From: Octopus vulgaris
Taxonomy: Eukaryota
Direction of reading: 5' to 3'
Assembly: GCA_951406725.2 (NCBI GenBank)
Contig: OX597815.1
Span: 168,454,001-168,518,000, forward strand
DNA length: 64,000 nt
Part shown: positions 1-12,060 of the stretch, piece after piece
Position numbering within the stretch: position 1 is the stretch's first letter
Layout of the letters: each line of letters starts with the position of its first letter
Translations under genes and position numbers: made by a program
The notes under the pieces: generated by a model
Databases searched by the model: none
The model's input: the letters and a program-made list of their open reading frames with translations, nothing else
What the model was told of the DNA's origin: nothing

Positions 1-332
1 TGATCCTGGTGCTAATGATTCTGCCAGCTTACTGCCTTTATGTGACTTAAAATAACTGATCTTCACACTGGCATGAGCAGGAGTGTTACTCAAGTTCAGA
101 AACTGAGAAAATGAGGTTTCCTCAATTTTCACACGCTTAAGAAATGGCTGATATGTTTTAACGAGTTTACAGATTTCTCCTTGCCAACCAACATATAGAA
201 TTAGAAGTTATGAAATTCAAAATCAACTACATAGTAGAGCATTCATCATGAATTAATACTAACTAATAAAATTGATCTTACTTTCATTTTAAGTAACATG
301 CAGGTGTTACGGTCGTTTAGAGAATGCGCGAG

Positions 333-695
333 CTAAGACTATGCGCCTTCACTAGTCAGTTAACGTGAGACAGTGTCACGTGACAACTTGCTGGGGCTGC
401 CTGCGGGAGCCTAGCAGCAGGTATTTAAAGGGAAAAATTTGACAAGTCAGTCAGTCACCGGCTGACACTTGCTGACGATACATCGAAGAGGCCAGGGAAC
501 AGAAGAAAGAAGAAGAAAGAAGACATGCACCCAACACCAGAGCTGAAGACACCTCTGAAAGCGGAGGGGCCTGCCACATCAAAACGGTAGAGAAGTAGGG
601 GCTGAAACCGGACGTGGTTCCTCTTGATGATGTCTGGAGCTAACTGGATCCTATAAAGGAGCTTTTGTGGTAGCAGACCATGAAACATGGTTGTA
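333..695 (+). repeat. Dispersed GC-richer repeat, pseudo-LTR-like; inverted copy at ~12625-12996
   Basis: Reverse-complement similarity between the two loci (also visible as the shared LLPQxLLYRIQLA pseudo-peptides in the ORF track); TATTTAAA box and CTGAAGA/YTGATGA...GAAAC motifs. Confidence 0.75.
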
Positions 696-1008
696 TTTCT
701 TCTTCTATGTGTCTTGGCCATTGTTCAACTAGAACATATATACAGCAGCTGAATCTGCCTCAAAATGCACTTTACCATCATAATGGTTTCACATTTTGGC
801 ACAAAGCCAGTAATTTCGTGGACTGGAGGAGTTAGTTGATTCCATTGATCCTTGTGCTTGACTGGTATTTATTTTATCAAACCTCAAAAGATAAAAAGTA
901 AAGTCAACCTATGCAGCATTTGAAAGGATACACTGGATGATATCGCATGCCTGAAAGAAAAAACAGAAGACCCGGTCATAGCTGAAATACTCTTGATCAT
1001 AGATCTGC

Positions 1009-1236
1009 TTAACCCTTTAGCATTTAAACCAGCTATATCTGGGCCAAATATTCTACCCATTTTATGTTCAAACTGGCTACAACTGGCCTCTTACACCTAC
1101 CCTATGTTGTCACTTCAAAAATATATTATCACATCATGGAAATCTCAAAGCTACAAGATAATGCATGGTTAATTCAAAATGATGTGAATAAATGAACGTT
1201 ATATTTGAAAAAGTAATCTGAATGCTAAAGGATTAA
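1009..1236. mobile_element. piggyBac-type MITE family B (TTAA target, CCCTTTAGCAT termini)
   Basis: TTAA-CCCTTTAGCATT...AATGCTAAAGGA-TTAA; other copies at ~14930-15155, 15152-15672 (split), 46264-46490 and 51690-51904. Confidence 0.82.
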
Positions 1237-4200
1237 TCTCAAATCTGACCTGGTTAAATAACAATATTCCTATAAACTTCTAGTAACTTGTGTGTTGAAA
1301 GAATTTAAGAGTTCAAAGTTTTCTTTCTTTCAATAAGATGCATTCAATGACAAAATGACGTTTTAAAAATCACTAAGTTTGAAGAAAAACATTTAAAATC
1401 TTAGTAAATATTTTAAATATGAACTATAAACTCTACAAAGATTCTCTGATGAGAACTGAATAATTAGAAATGAGCATCTCTGCATTGTAGAAAGACAAAA
1501 ATTTTGATTTCAAAAAATCATAAAAATCTATCATTTAGACAATAGAATCCTTTATATCTGTAACTGACTTCAACTCTGCTTTCAATGAACATACACAATG
1601 AATCTCACAACTTGAGATTTCTGAGATAAGGCTGGAGGGATTGATCAAATAAGGATTCAGTGACGATTATACAGTTTGTCTGTTATTTAGTGAATCATAA
1701 TGATGTTTTTCAGACTTTTTTTATATCATTTTTTATTTCTTTCAGTCATTAGACTTCCTTGAAGAATTTTAACAAATCAATGCCAGTACTTTTTATTTTT
1801 AAGCCTGGTATATATCATATTGGCCTCTTTTGCTGAACCATTAAGTTACAGAGACATAAACAAACCAATACTGGTTGTCAAGCAGTGGGGGGGGGGACAA
1901 AGGAACAAAGGTACACACACATACACACAACAGGTGTCTTTCAGTTTTCATCTACCAAATCTATTCACAAGGCTTTGGTTCGCCCGAGGCTATAAGTAGA
2001 AGACTTTTGCCTGAGGCATCATACTGTGGGACTGAACCCAGGGTTTTGACAGCAAATGCTTAACCCTTCTAACATCAACCCAACTGTGAACAACACTGAT
2101 TCTACTATACAAACTTTACATTTTAAAGTGATCTAAATTAAAGGCTTTCATTAAAATTTCATGTTAATTTATATTCCAAACATCAGCTTAATAACTATAA
2201 AATTATTTTACTGCTTTCATCTTATGGAGATTTTCTAACTAGCTACTTTGCTTATTTTACTAAATTCTTCATTCATTCATTCAATCATCATCGTTGTCGT
2301 CGTCGTTTAACGTCCGCTTTCCATGCTAGCATGGGTTGGACGATTTGACTGAGGAGTGGCAAACCAGAAGGCTGCACCAGACTCCAATCTGATCTGGCAG
2401 AGTTTCTACAGCTGGATGCCCTTCCTAACGTTAACCACTCCGAGAATGTAGTGGGTGCTTTTACATGCCACCGGCACGAGGGCCAGTCAGGTGGTACTGG
2501 CAACGGCCTCGCTCAAATGGTGTTTTTTATGTGCCACCTGCACAGGAGCCAGTCCAGCGGCACTGGCAATGACCTCATGAAATTAATTGAAACAGGACAG
2601 TATATTTCAACAGAAACATAGTAACTAAAGGGTCATGGGCAATAAATATTGAAGAATATAGCTCTTCTCATTCTTTACCCCAAGATATTTATATTCCCTG
2701 ACCTGGAAATAACTACTTTAATGACAGAACAAGTCCCTTACCAATTAGCTTAAGTCAAACAAGTCATGGGAAACAGCAGCCAAGAGAATTTCTGAAAGGT
2801 ATGCCTAACAAAAAAATTACCTTGAATTTTTTAGTAGTGCAGCCTACCTGATGAAAGCCATGTATAATGTGACCCATTTCTCTAAAAAGGTTGCCCATAC
2901 TCAGATTAAACTAATATATTCTTTAAACCTCAATCTTTACCTAAAACCTAAATTGTATACAACCAGATAAAAAATTAACTATAGATCACAGCACACAATA
3001 TCACAAATTAATGGGGACCTTTACACCACATTGGCTTATATACTATTGCTAGAATAGTAATGAAATTTCTCTCAAATCTTTAAAAATCAAGTCAGTGAGT
3101 ATTCAAGTCTGAAAAGATAGGATGGTCATGGTTATAAAGCCTGTGATCATAGGTTTGCTTGATCAGAGTTGACCTGAGGTTAAGCAGCAATCATACAGTA
3201 TAGACATAGTTTTACTGTTGAGACTTTCATGCTGAAACTCAAGTTAAAGTGAGCACAATGAAGACATATAGCCTAGTGGTTAAGGTGTTGCACTCACAAC
3301 TGTAAGATAATGGTTTCAATTCCTAAACCAGGGAGCGCATTGTGTTTTTGAGCAGAACATTTCATTTCATGTTTCTCCAGTCCACTCAGCTGTAAAATGA
3401 GTTCCAGCAATAACTGGGAAGTTAAACCTGCAAAGGACCTGTATCCTGTTCAGGAGTAAATGTTGTCACTTTTAGTTACTTATACCCCATGGAAACCAGG
3501 TTATGAGTCCTACGGTTCAAGATAGACCTACAGAGTGCATAATTCCTGGATATTCCTTTTTCAATCCTGCTTTAGAAAGAATCAAACTCATAATTGCATT
3601 TAGTTCTTATGCACAGTTATAGTAGACCCTTTCCAACAACTGGTATTGTGTCCATGTAATCATATTTATCATTATTATTATTAATAAAATTTATTTACTG
3701 TCACTCAAAACCTCACATGACAACTGACTGGATTAAAAGATAAGGATACTCTATAATGCTTGTTAAATTCTGCTATAAAACAGAGAAAAATAAAATGTTT
3801 AAACATGTTGTTTTTATGAGATATTTTCAGAAGACTGATTTAATTCCCAACACTTAATCAGGTAGAGCTGTATAATTAATCTTATTGCCGGAAAAACGAT
3901 ATTTACTTTACTTTAAGGAATAACACACTATGGCATTTTACAGGATTCAAACATAATCAAATAAACAATAAGGTCAGGGCTTTCAATCACGTGGTTATAA
4001 ACACAATACTTCTATATTTGTATTCAATTACAACAGGAAATCATAAAGACTTTGGTGTCTTTGAGTTGTTGCTTTTTGTGAATGTGCAATACACAGCCAC
4101 ATAAACACACTCATGCACACACACATACATTGTAATTTATTGTTTTAAATTTCATCATTTAATTTGTCCCTATAAAATCATTAAAACAACATCAAGCAAG

Positions 4201-5590
4201 CTAGATTATCTTCTACAGCAACATTACACACTCTAGAACCCAAAAATGTTATGCCGCCAGGATAAATTTGTCACGTTCTAGAAGAACTAGTATACATTTC
4301 TGGTAACGAGAAAATGAAAGCAGTGGAATAATGATGGAGAATGTTTCAGGTTTTTATATATTTTTATTCTGCTGAATGCTTTAATTCATACTTTTTCAGG
4401 GGCTTTTTTTTTCTGTTTCTTGTGATATAGATGTCAGAACAGTTAAGTGCTCTTAAATCAGAACATTTGAAAGAACAAGTGAAATTAATGTGCTTAACGA
4501 AGGTTTAATGAATTGAGCATTGATGTAGTGTAATATAACATAAGATGCAGAGAGATGAGATTTTTTCATTTGGTGCTGATTTTTGGAAAGAAGCACAGCA
4601 TGTAATTTATTATTCAGTATATAATACAATGAGAAAAATAAAATAGGAATAGTTGGGTTCTGAATGATCAGTGAAACATCTCGAATAAGATGAAGGTAAG
4701 CAGATTCCATAACAACTATATCAGTAAAGGTGAGAGTGAAGAGGACCCAGTAATATATTTCACTTCACTTGACAAAAGTCTGAAGAAGCATAAACTCTGC
4801 TAAGCTAACTTGTCCTTGTTACACCTCATGAATAACCCAATAAGATTTTCAAGATGTTTTTATATCCAAACTCACTTAAGATTAGATTGTAGAGAAAAGG
4901 TCATAGCCAGGTACTGAAAAATAATATTTAACCCTTTTTATACCAACCTGCTTAACCCTTTCATTACTATATTTATTTTGAGATGCTCTGTGTTTCTTTC
5001 AGTTACTTTAAATATAACAAAGAATTTAGTAAAATAACTAAGTCATCATTCAGCTAGTGTAAGGAACATAAATTGTGACTAAGGTTTGGTGAAAGATTTT
5101 ATTTCAAAACTTATGAAAACAAGACATTCGTACTCAGAGCCTGAGCTAGTTTTACAGCCAGGTTGGTAATGATTCTATAATATAAACTTCCTGTTTTAAT
5201 GTGAGGTAAATTAAAAGTTTCCATCAAAATTTCACAAGTTTTCCAAATATTAACTTAAAAGTTCTTTCTACTATAGGCACAAGACCAGAAATTTTAGGGA
5301 GGTGGGACAGATTGGTTACATTGACTCCAGTACCCTGACTTGTTCTTATTTTATCAACCATAAAAGGATGAAATGCTAAGTAACTTTGGTGTGATCTGAT
5401 TTGTAATAAAACACAGATTGACTTTGTTTATTGAGTCAAACAATATTTCAGTTGTATGTCTGTCTTCTTCAGGTTCAAATAATGAAAAATGAAAAATACA
5501 TAGAAATACAGAAATTCAAAATTTCAACAGGACTATCCTGTGTTCCTTCTAAGATAAACAGATGTAATCAAGTTTCATTTTGTTTGTGAC

Positions 5591-7213
5591 TATTAGGATG
5601 TCTGGTAAGTTCTGAGTGTTTTTAAGCTAAATCTTTCAATGCTTCATTGAACACACCTGATATGTAACACATTTAAAACTTTGGTGTTGCTTCAAATGGT
5701 AGCACATCTCTTCTTTGTTCCTGGCTAAAAATAGATTTACTTTTCATTCCGGTTACCCTTTATTGACATTTGAAATGAATAACCAGCAATTGCATATTCA
5801 TGTTGTAATGCTTTTCTTTTTTAAAAAAGGAGAAAATACTGCTGACTTGTAACACATATTTGTGAAGCTTATGGTGATGATGTTGTAGGTGAATCAACTG
5901 TTCAAAGATGATTTGCAAAATGTAAAGCTGGAGAGTTTAGCTTGAAAGATGGCAGTCACAGTGGAAGACTTTCAAAATTGGATGAAGATGTTTTGAAGGC
6001 AAAAATTGAGGAAAATTCAAATATCATGACTAAAGAACTTGCAGAGGAGTTGGAAGTTTCTAAAAGTGTAACTCATGAACACCTAGTGAAGCTAGGATAC
6101 ATTTCTTGTAATATTGGTGGCACGTAAAAAGCACCATTTGAGCGTGATCGTTACCTGTGTTGCCTTACTGGCACATGAACAAAACATTCGAGCAAGGTCG
6201 TTGCCAGTGCCACTAGACTGACTCCTCTGCAGGTGGCATGTAAAAAGCACTATTTGAGAGTGGCCGTTGCCAGTACCGCCTACTGGCCCTAGTGCTGGTG
6301 GCACGTAAAAGCACCCACTACACTCTCGGAGTGGTTGGCATTAGGAAGGGCATCCAGCTGTAGAAACTCTGTCAGATCAGATTGGAGCTTGGTGTAGCCA
6401 TCTGGTTTGCCAGTCCTCATTCAACTCGTCCAATCCATGCTAGCATGGAAAGCGGACGTTAAATGATGATGATGATGATTGTATGAGTCCCTCACAAACT
6501 CTCAGAAAAGAATTGCTTGGACCAGTATGCCATTTGTGATATGTTTTTGAAATGTGACTGGAGATGAAAAATGGATTGTGTACGTAAATGTAGTGTGAAA
6601 AGGATCCTGAAGTTTGCATAAAGGTTCCCCAAAACAGCAACCAAAGATGAATATCCATGCCAAAAAAGTTATGCTTTGTGTTCGGTGGGATCATAAAGGC
6701 ATTATTTATAATTGAGTTTCTCCCACAAAATCAGACCATTAATTCTGATGTGTACTGTCGTCAGCTGGCTAATTTGAACCAAAGAAAGCAAAGAATTGAG
6801 GCCATAGATTGCCAACAGGAAAGGGGTAGTGTTCCAACAAGACATAGTTTGACCACACATGTCTTTGGCTACTTAAATAAAGTTATATGAACTTGGCTGA
6901 GATCTCTTGCCCAATATACCATATTCTCCTGACATAGCACCATCCAACTACCACTTGTTTTTGTCTCTACAGAACTCATCGTAAGGAAAAACATTTAACA
7001 ATTCAGATGGAGTCAAAATGCATCTAGATAACATTTTTTCTTCAAAACCAATCAAATTTTATGCTGATGGAATATCTAAATTGCTTGATAGATGGGCAAA
7101 TACCATTAATAATGGAAATTATTTCAATTGAATAAAATTTACTGTAAGGTCAATTATTTATATCCCTTTTTGCAGTTTTAAAAAATGCTCAGAACTTTCC
7201 GGACAACCTAATA
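5591..7213 (+). mobile_element. Full-length decayed mariner (Tc1/mariner) DNA transposon
   Basis: TA-flanked ~30 bp TIRs (TTAGGATGTCTGGTAAGTTCTGAG vs reverse complement of right end TTAGGTTGTCCGGAAAGTTCTGAG). Frameshifted transposase with HTH (KELAEELEVSKS), (W)VPH, GDEKWIVY and YSPDIAPSNYHLF motifs. Interrupted by an RTE-tail repeat at ~6113-6480. Confidence 0.9.
6113..6480 (+). repeat. RTE 3'-UTR / RTE-tailed repeat family, representative copy
   Basis: Core GGTTGGCRTTAGGAAGGGCATCCAGCTGTAGAAAC...GGACGTTAAA(TGA)n. Other copies at ~2285-2580(-), 16410-16635(+), 23885-24400(-), 25940-26115(+), 28150-28440(-), 41770-42180(+), 42675-43000(+), 44960-45150(+), 62095-62340(-) and 63915-64000(+). 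Confidence 0.88.
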
Positions 7214-7259
7214 GTTAAAATAAGAAAAATATAGAAAAAAGAAAAGAGGAATGAGAATG

Positions 7260-7652
7260 CTTAGCCAAAAAGTTTTGTATAAATCTGATAGAATTTTTAT
7301 CATATAGTTCATCCTTCCAGAATGTGATGCTAATAACTCACAAATATATTTACCATCATGTGTTTTGAGGACTGTAAGTTCAGTGGAATCAAAATATTTT
7401 CTGAGAATGTGTACTCTCAGGTATTTATCCAATTTACTTGTTTCAGTTATTTGACTGTGGCCATGCTGGAGCACTGCCTTGAAGGGTTTTAGTCAGACAA
7501 ATCAACCTCAGGACTTATTTTTTGAACCTAGAACTTATTTTATCAGTCTCTTTTGCTGAACTGCTAAGTTACGGGACATAAACACACCAACACTGGTTGT
7601 CAAACATTGAGTGGGGGGGGACAAACACAGACACAAAGTCTCACACACATGG

Positions 7653-7688
<36 letters not shown>

Positions 7689-10250
7689 GCCTTGGACCAA
7701 TCAAAGCCTTGTGAGTCGATTTGGGAGATGGAAACAAAGAAGCCCATCATATATATATATATATATATCATCATCTCCCAAATCGGCTTACAAGGCTTTG
7801 ATTGACCCGAGGCTATAGTAGAAAGCACTTGCCCAAGGTGCCACACAATGGAACTGAACCCAGAATCATGTGGTCGGGAAGCAAACTTCTTACCACACAG
7901 CCATGCTTTCACCCTTGATGAAAAGTGCTCAGCAAGTTCTGAAGTTATGTTATTGTACCTGATATCCTACCTATACCCATTAAATCTTTTGCTTAATTGT
8001 TTTGTTGTGCAACGAGCATAAATCAAGCTGTGTTTGGTGCATTCAGTAACATACACCAAATGGGAATCATTAGAGATCCCATCTTCTGGATAAATCATAA
8101 CATTTCTGCTAGAATTTATCCAATCAAAGTTGGATGTAGAGGGTTCGTTGGACACAGTGTGAGACGACTGTTGTTATCATTAGGCCTAACTCATTGTAAA
8201 GTCAATACCACCATGACTGATATTCAAACTATAGTGGAGAAGGCTAGCCACTGGATTAGGTTAAAAAGAGACGATGAGCGATGGCTAGAAGAATATTGAG
8301 CTTTATTTGATAACCAGCTGATCTAGCAAGCGGGGCCTCATATCAGTGGTGGGGGGCCGGTGTGCATTGATGCCATCGAGAGGTAGGTCCCGAAACGGCG
8401 CGCATTCTCTCCTGATGACCCCATACACTTGCTGGCTTCCGGTATGCAAAGTTTTTGACTGGTAGCACTTGCATGTGCAAGTTGTTTGCAAGACATGGAG
8501 CTGACCTGACACATGTTATTGCACAATGAACAGTGCTTACCTTTCTTACAACTATTTTTTGCAGAACAGCATTCAGAAACTCCAATGGAGCTTTGGTTAT
8601 GATTAAAAGTATTGGATAAGATTTGTCTCACATTTTTATTGTGTCTAAAAGCTACAATAGACAAATGAGGAAAGATTTTTTGAAACAAGGATATTTATGT
8701 GAAATGTGTTGATAACTATCATGCAACACTTTTGAAATGCCAGGGAAATTTCAGTGCTAGCTAATCACTAAAGGAATTCAACCATAAATTTTACTTTGAT
8801 TGTTATAATTAAGCATAAAACTTTTACAGTCATCGTTAATTTTAGCTGTCATTTCCTTCAATTACGATTCACTATAATGGTGGCTTGATGTAATGGTACA
8901 CAAAATCATTTGTGTGTTTCCAATAATTTCCTATCTTTTATCTTTTACTTGTTTCAGTCATTAGACTGTTGCCATGTTGGGGCACTGCTGTGAAGAATTT
9001 TTAGTCAAATGAATCAACCCCAGTACTTATTCTATCAATCCCTTTGGCTGAACTGCTAAGTTATGGGAATGTAAACACATCAAGACTAGTTGTCAAGCAG
9101 TAGTGGAGAGACAAACACAAAGACACATACACACACACACACATACATGTGTGTGTGTGTTTACAATGGGTTTCTTACAGTTTCTCTCTACCAAATCCAC
9201 TCAGAAAGCTTTGGTTAGCCCAAGGCTATAGTGGAAGATACTTGTCCAAGGTGCCAGACAGTGGAACTGAACCAAGAACCATGTGGTTCAGAAGCAAACT
9301 TCTTACCACAAAGCCACTTCTGAGTCCATAAAAAAATATGCTAGCAAGTGGCTACAGAGAATTGAACCCTATGCCTCTCAGATACTGGCTGAGTACTCTG
9401 TATGATTAAGCTAATATAGCTCCTACATTGGTATAAACCCATTTTATTCTCAAAATTTGGGACTTTGGATTTGACTTAATTGTATGGTGTGGATGATAGG
9501 AATGGCAGTGAAGATAAATGTGGGATGACATGGATTTACAAAATATCTTTGTGACTATGCAGCCTTCAGAAAACTTAACTTTTGTGGCCAAACTGTCAAT
9601 ACTAGCTTTTGAATAAGTCAACAAGAATTTTATATTGGACTTAAAGCTATAGTTTTCTGTGAAGCTGTTACAGCAATACAAAAATTTAATTAGGCTATCC
9701 TCAATTCCTACCCAAACAAAAAAGATATTATCGATGAACCATAACCAAAGGAGTAGTTCATTTGTGCAGTGATTTAAATGTTTCTAGTAATTGTAGCTCA
9801 AATTTTGTCATAAGGATATTAACTAAATTAACTGTCATGAGATATCCATGGCATATTCCTTCATCTGGAGGTAAATGTTCTCTCCCAACTTCATTATGTT
9901 GCTTTGTAATACAAACTTCAGTAATTTGTAAAGGAAATTAGATAGAGTCTAACTGTTTTGCAAAGATGTCCATACATGTTTTCACCCTTTCATCATGGTC
10001 AATGTTGATGTAAAGTGAAGAAACATCCATGGTTACTACTAAACAGTTTTCAAAACTATTTCAATACTTACAGAAATTGCTAATTTTGGAAATAATATCA
10101 AAGGTATCTTGAATATATGAACTCTGTCTTTTTGCTACAGGAAGTAGAAAACCATCCAGGTCCTCAAAAATTTGGGCCATGCAACATTTATACCAACTGC
10201 AAACTTGGTGCAATGGAGGAGATTTTTAAAGCAATAATTATCATCATTTT
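7260..10250 (-). mobile_element. Fragmented Penelope-like element (RT + GIY-YIG endonuclease relic), split by two SINEs and a HERO-type fragment
   Basis: Peptides WFIDNIFFVW, SNIKF...KSMSSHIYLH...KSNPKSQILR, IFPHLSIVAFR, CSLCNNM and IYARCTTKQLSKRFNGY, collinear with the copy at 48.2-49.4 kb. Outer limits approximate. Confidence 0.82.
8108..8511 (+). mobile_element. 3' end of an RLE-encoding non-LTR retrotransposon (HERO-like) nested in the Penelope relic
   Basis: ARIYPIKVGCRGFVGHSVRRLL...VEKASHWIRLKR* resembles the xPVEVGCRGF restriction-like endonuclease C-terminus, followed by a GC-richer 3' UTR. Junctions fixed by the uninterrupted AACATG|AGAAATG in the second Penelope copy. Confidence 0.72.
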
Positions 10251-10439
10251 AAATTTTAGCACAAGGCCAGCAATTCTGAGAGGAAGAACGAGTCAATTAG
10301 ATTAACCCCAGTACTTGACTTGTAATTTATTTTATTGACCCTGAAAAGATGAAAGGCAAAGTTTACTTTGGAGAATTTGAACTCAGAATGTCAAGCACCA
10401 GAAATATCACCAAGTTATCTCCTCAGTGCAAACTGCAAG

Positions 10440-12060
10440 AATATTTAGTAAAATCAACTGGATTTCTTAGCACACACTGTAAGAATATTTTGTAATGACA
10501 TTGGGATGACTCTTGAAATCAAAAAGTATGCAGTGATGGAGATGAAATGGGGAAATCATAAAAAACTATTGGCAAAGACCTGCCAAATGATGAGATTATA
10601 AAATCATTAAATGCAAAAGAAACATAATAAATATCTAGGAATACTGAAAATTGGCAATATCAAAAGTATAGAACGGAGGGAAATCCTCAATAATGAATAT
10701 TTTCACAGATTGAAGAATATTATAAAATCCAAATTGAATGCAGGAACCATCATACAAGCAATCAATCTGAAGCAGAGTCCCTAACAATAAATCGAACAAG
10801 AGTTATTGAATGGAGAGAATGTGAGTTGAAGGACATCAACAAGAAAACAACTCAAGATGCACAGAATACATTTCCAATCTCTTGTGGATGGTGACACAGA
10901 AAAAGAACAGAAGGAGAAAGAAAGTTAAAGAGTGTTGCAGAAGTAGAACTACAGAAGACAAGTCTAGAAGAAAAAGAAAACAAAACACTTCTTAAGTGGG
11001 TAAAAAGTGAAGAACTATGTACAGAATGCGTAGAACCCAAAAATAAAATTAAAAAAAAAAACAGGAAAATGTAGAAAAGAGGAAATCAAAATTTATAGGA
11101 AAGAAGCTTTGTCAGCATTTTTCAAAAACACAGAAGAAATAAGGGATGACAAAGATAACTGGCTATGATTAAAGAAAGGGATACTGAAGAAATGATCTTG
11201 GCAGCACAGGAACCAGCTCTAAAGGTAAAAATGGATCAAGAGGATGATAAATCAACAGAATTGCTCGCCCGAATGTAGAATATATGATAATGCAGATAAA
11301 ACCATACCTCAGATTGCATCAGAGTGTCCAGTATTCACTCAGGATCAATTTAGAAAGTGTAGGCATGATAAGCTTGCTGCAGTATATACACAGACAGCTA
11401 TATTCATTGGGCAATAAAGGCAGCGAGCTGGCAGAAACGTTAGCACGCCGGGTGAAATGCGTAGCCGTATTTCGTCTGTCGTTACGTTCCGAGTTCAAAT
11501 TCCGCCGAGGTCGACTTTGCCTTTCATCCTTTCGGGGTCGATAAATTAAGTACCAGTTATGCACAAGGGTAGATGTAATCGACTTAATCTGTTTGTCTGT
11601 CCTTGTTTGTCCTCTCTGTGTTTAGTCCCTTGTGGATAGTGAAGAAATATATATTCATTGGGCAATATATCGACACTTAGATGTGAAAATATGTACCAAA
11701 CATGGTACTGCACAATAACTTGACCACAATCACCTGGGATATGCTTGTCCAAACTGAAAAAGATATCAAGGATAACTGTCCAGCCATAATGATAAAGGAC
11801 TGGAAAATAAAAATAAAATACACATCATTTTGACCAAAATATTACCCCAAAAGACGTTGGATAGCTGTTAAAATACAAAGATCTTAAAATTGAAATATTT
11901 AAGATATAAGGCAAAAAAAGTGAAAATGTTATCAATAACAAGTGGGGCATGAGGTATGATTAAAAAAATATGAACAAAAACATACTACACACCATTAAAA
12001 ATAAATAACTCTACTAAGAACAGTCCTTATCCTGCACAAGACATTATCGATTCAATAGCA
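10440..12060 (+). mobile_element. Heavily decayed R4/Dong-type (RLE) non-LTR retrotransposon fragment(s)
   Basis: Remnant peptides KYLGILK, KLNAGTIIQAIN, ILAAQEPAL, RHDKLAA and KYKDLKIEI; interrupted by a SINE with an 18-bp TSD. Confidence 0.65.
11417..11649 (+). mobile_element. tRNA-derived SINE (family 2, Meta/MESC-like central domain) with perfect 18-bp TSD
   Basis: A box TGGCAGAAACG, B box GAGTTCAAATTCC, central GTCGACTTTGCCTTTCATCCTTTCGGGGTCGATAAATTAAGTACCAG; TSD TATATTCATTGGGCAATA at 11399-11416 and 11650-11667. Many other copies, e.g. ~15870-16085, 16110-16320, 18630-18860, 39065-39280, 49670-49840, 53505-53705, 54003-54237 and 62730-62910 (all -). Confidence 0.92.

Noticed and set aside
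4210-4350. Possible plus-strand exon after ttctacag
   Set aside because: All three frames hit a stop within about 30 codons; a short exon ending at the upstream TG|gtaacg cannot be excluded but has no homology support.
6115-6320. Repeated GGCAYGTAAAAAGCAC units with intervening sequence, superficially CRISPR-like
   Set aside because: Intervening segments are related to each other, there are no cas genes, and the context is eukaryotic; these are internal duplications of the RTE-tail repeat.
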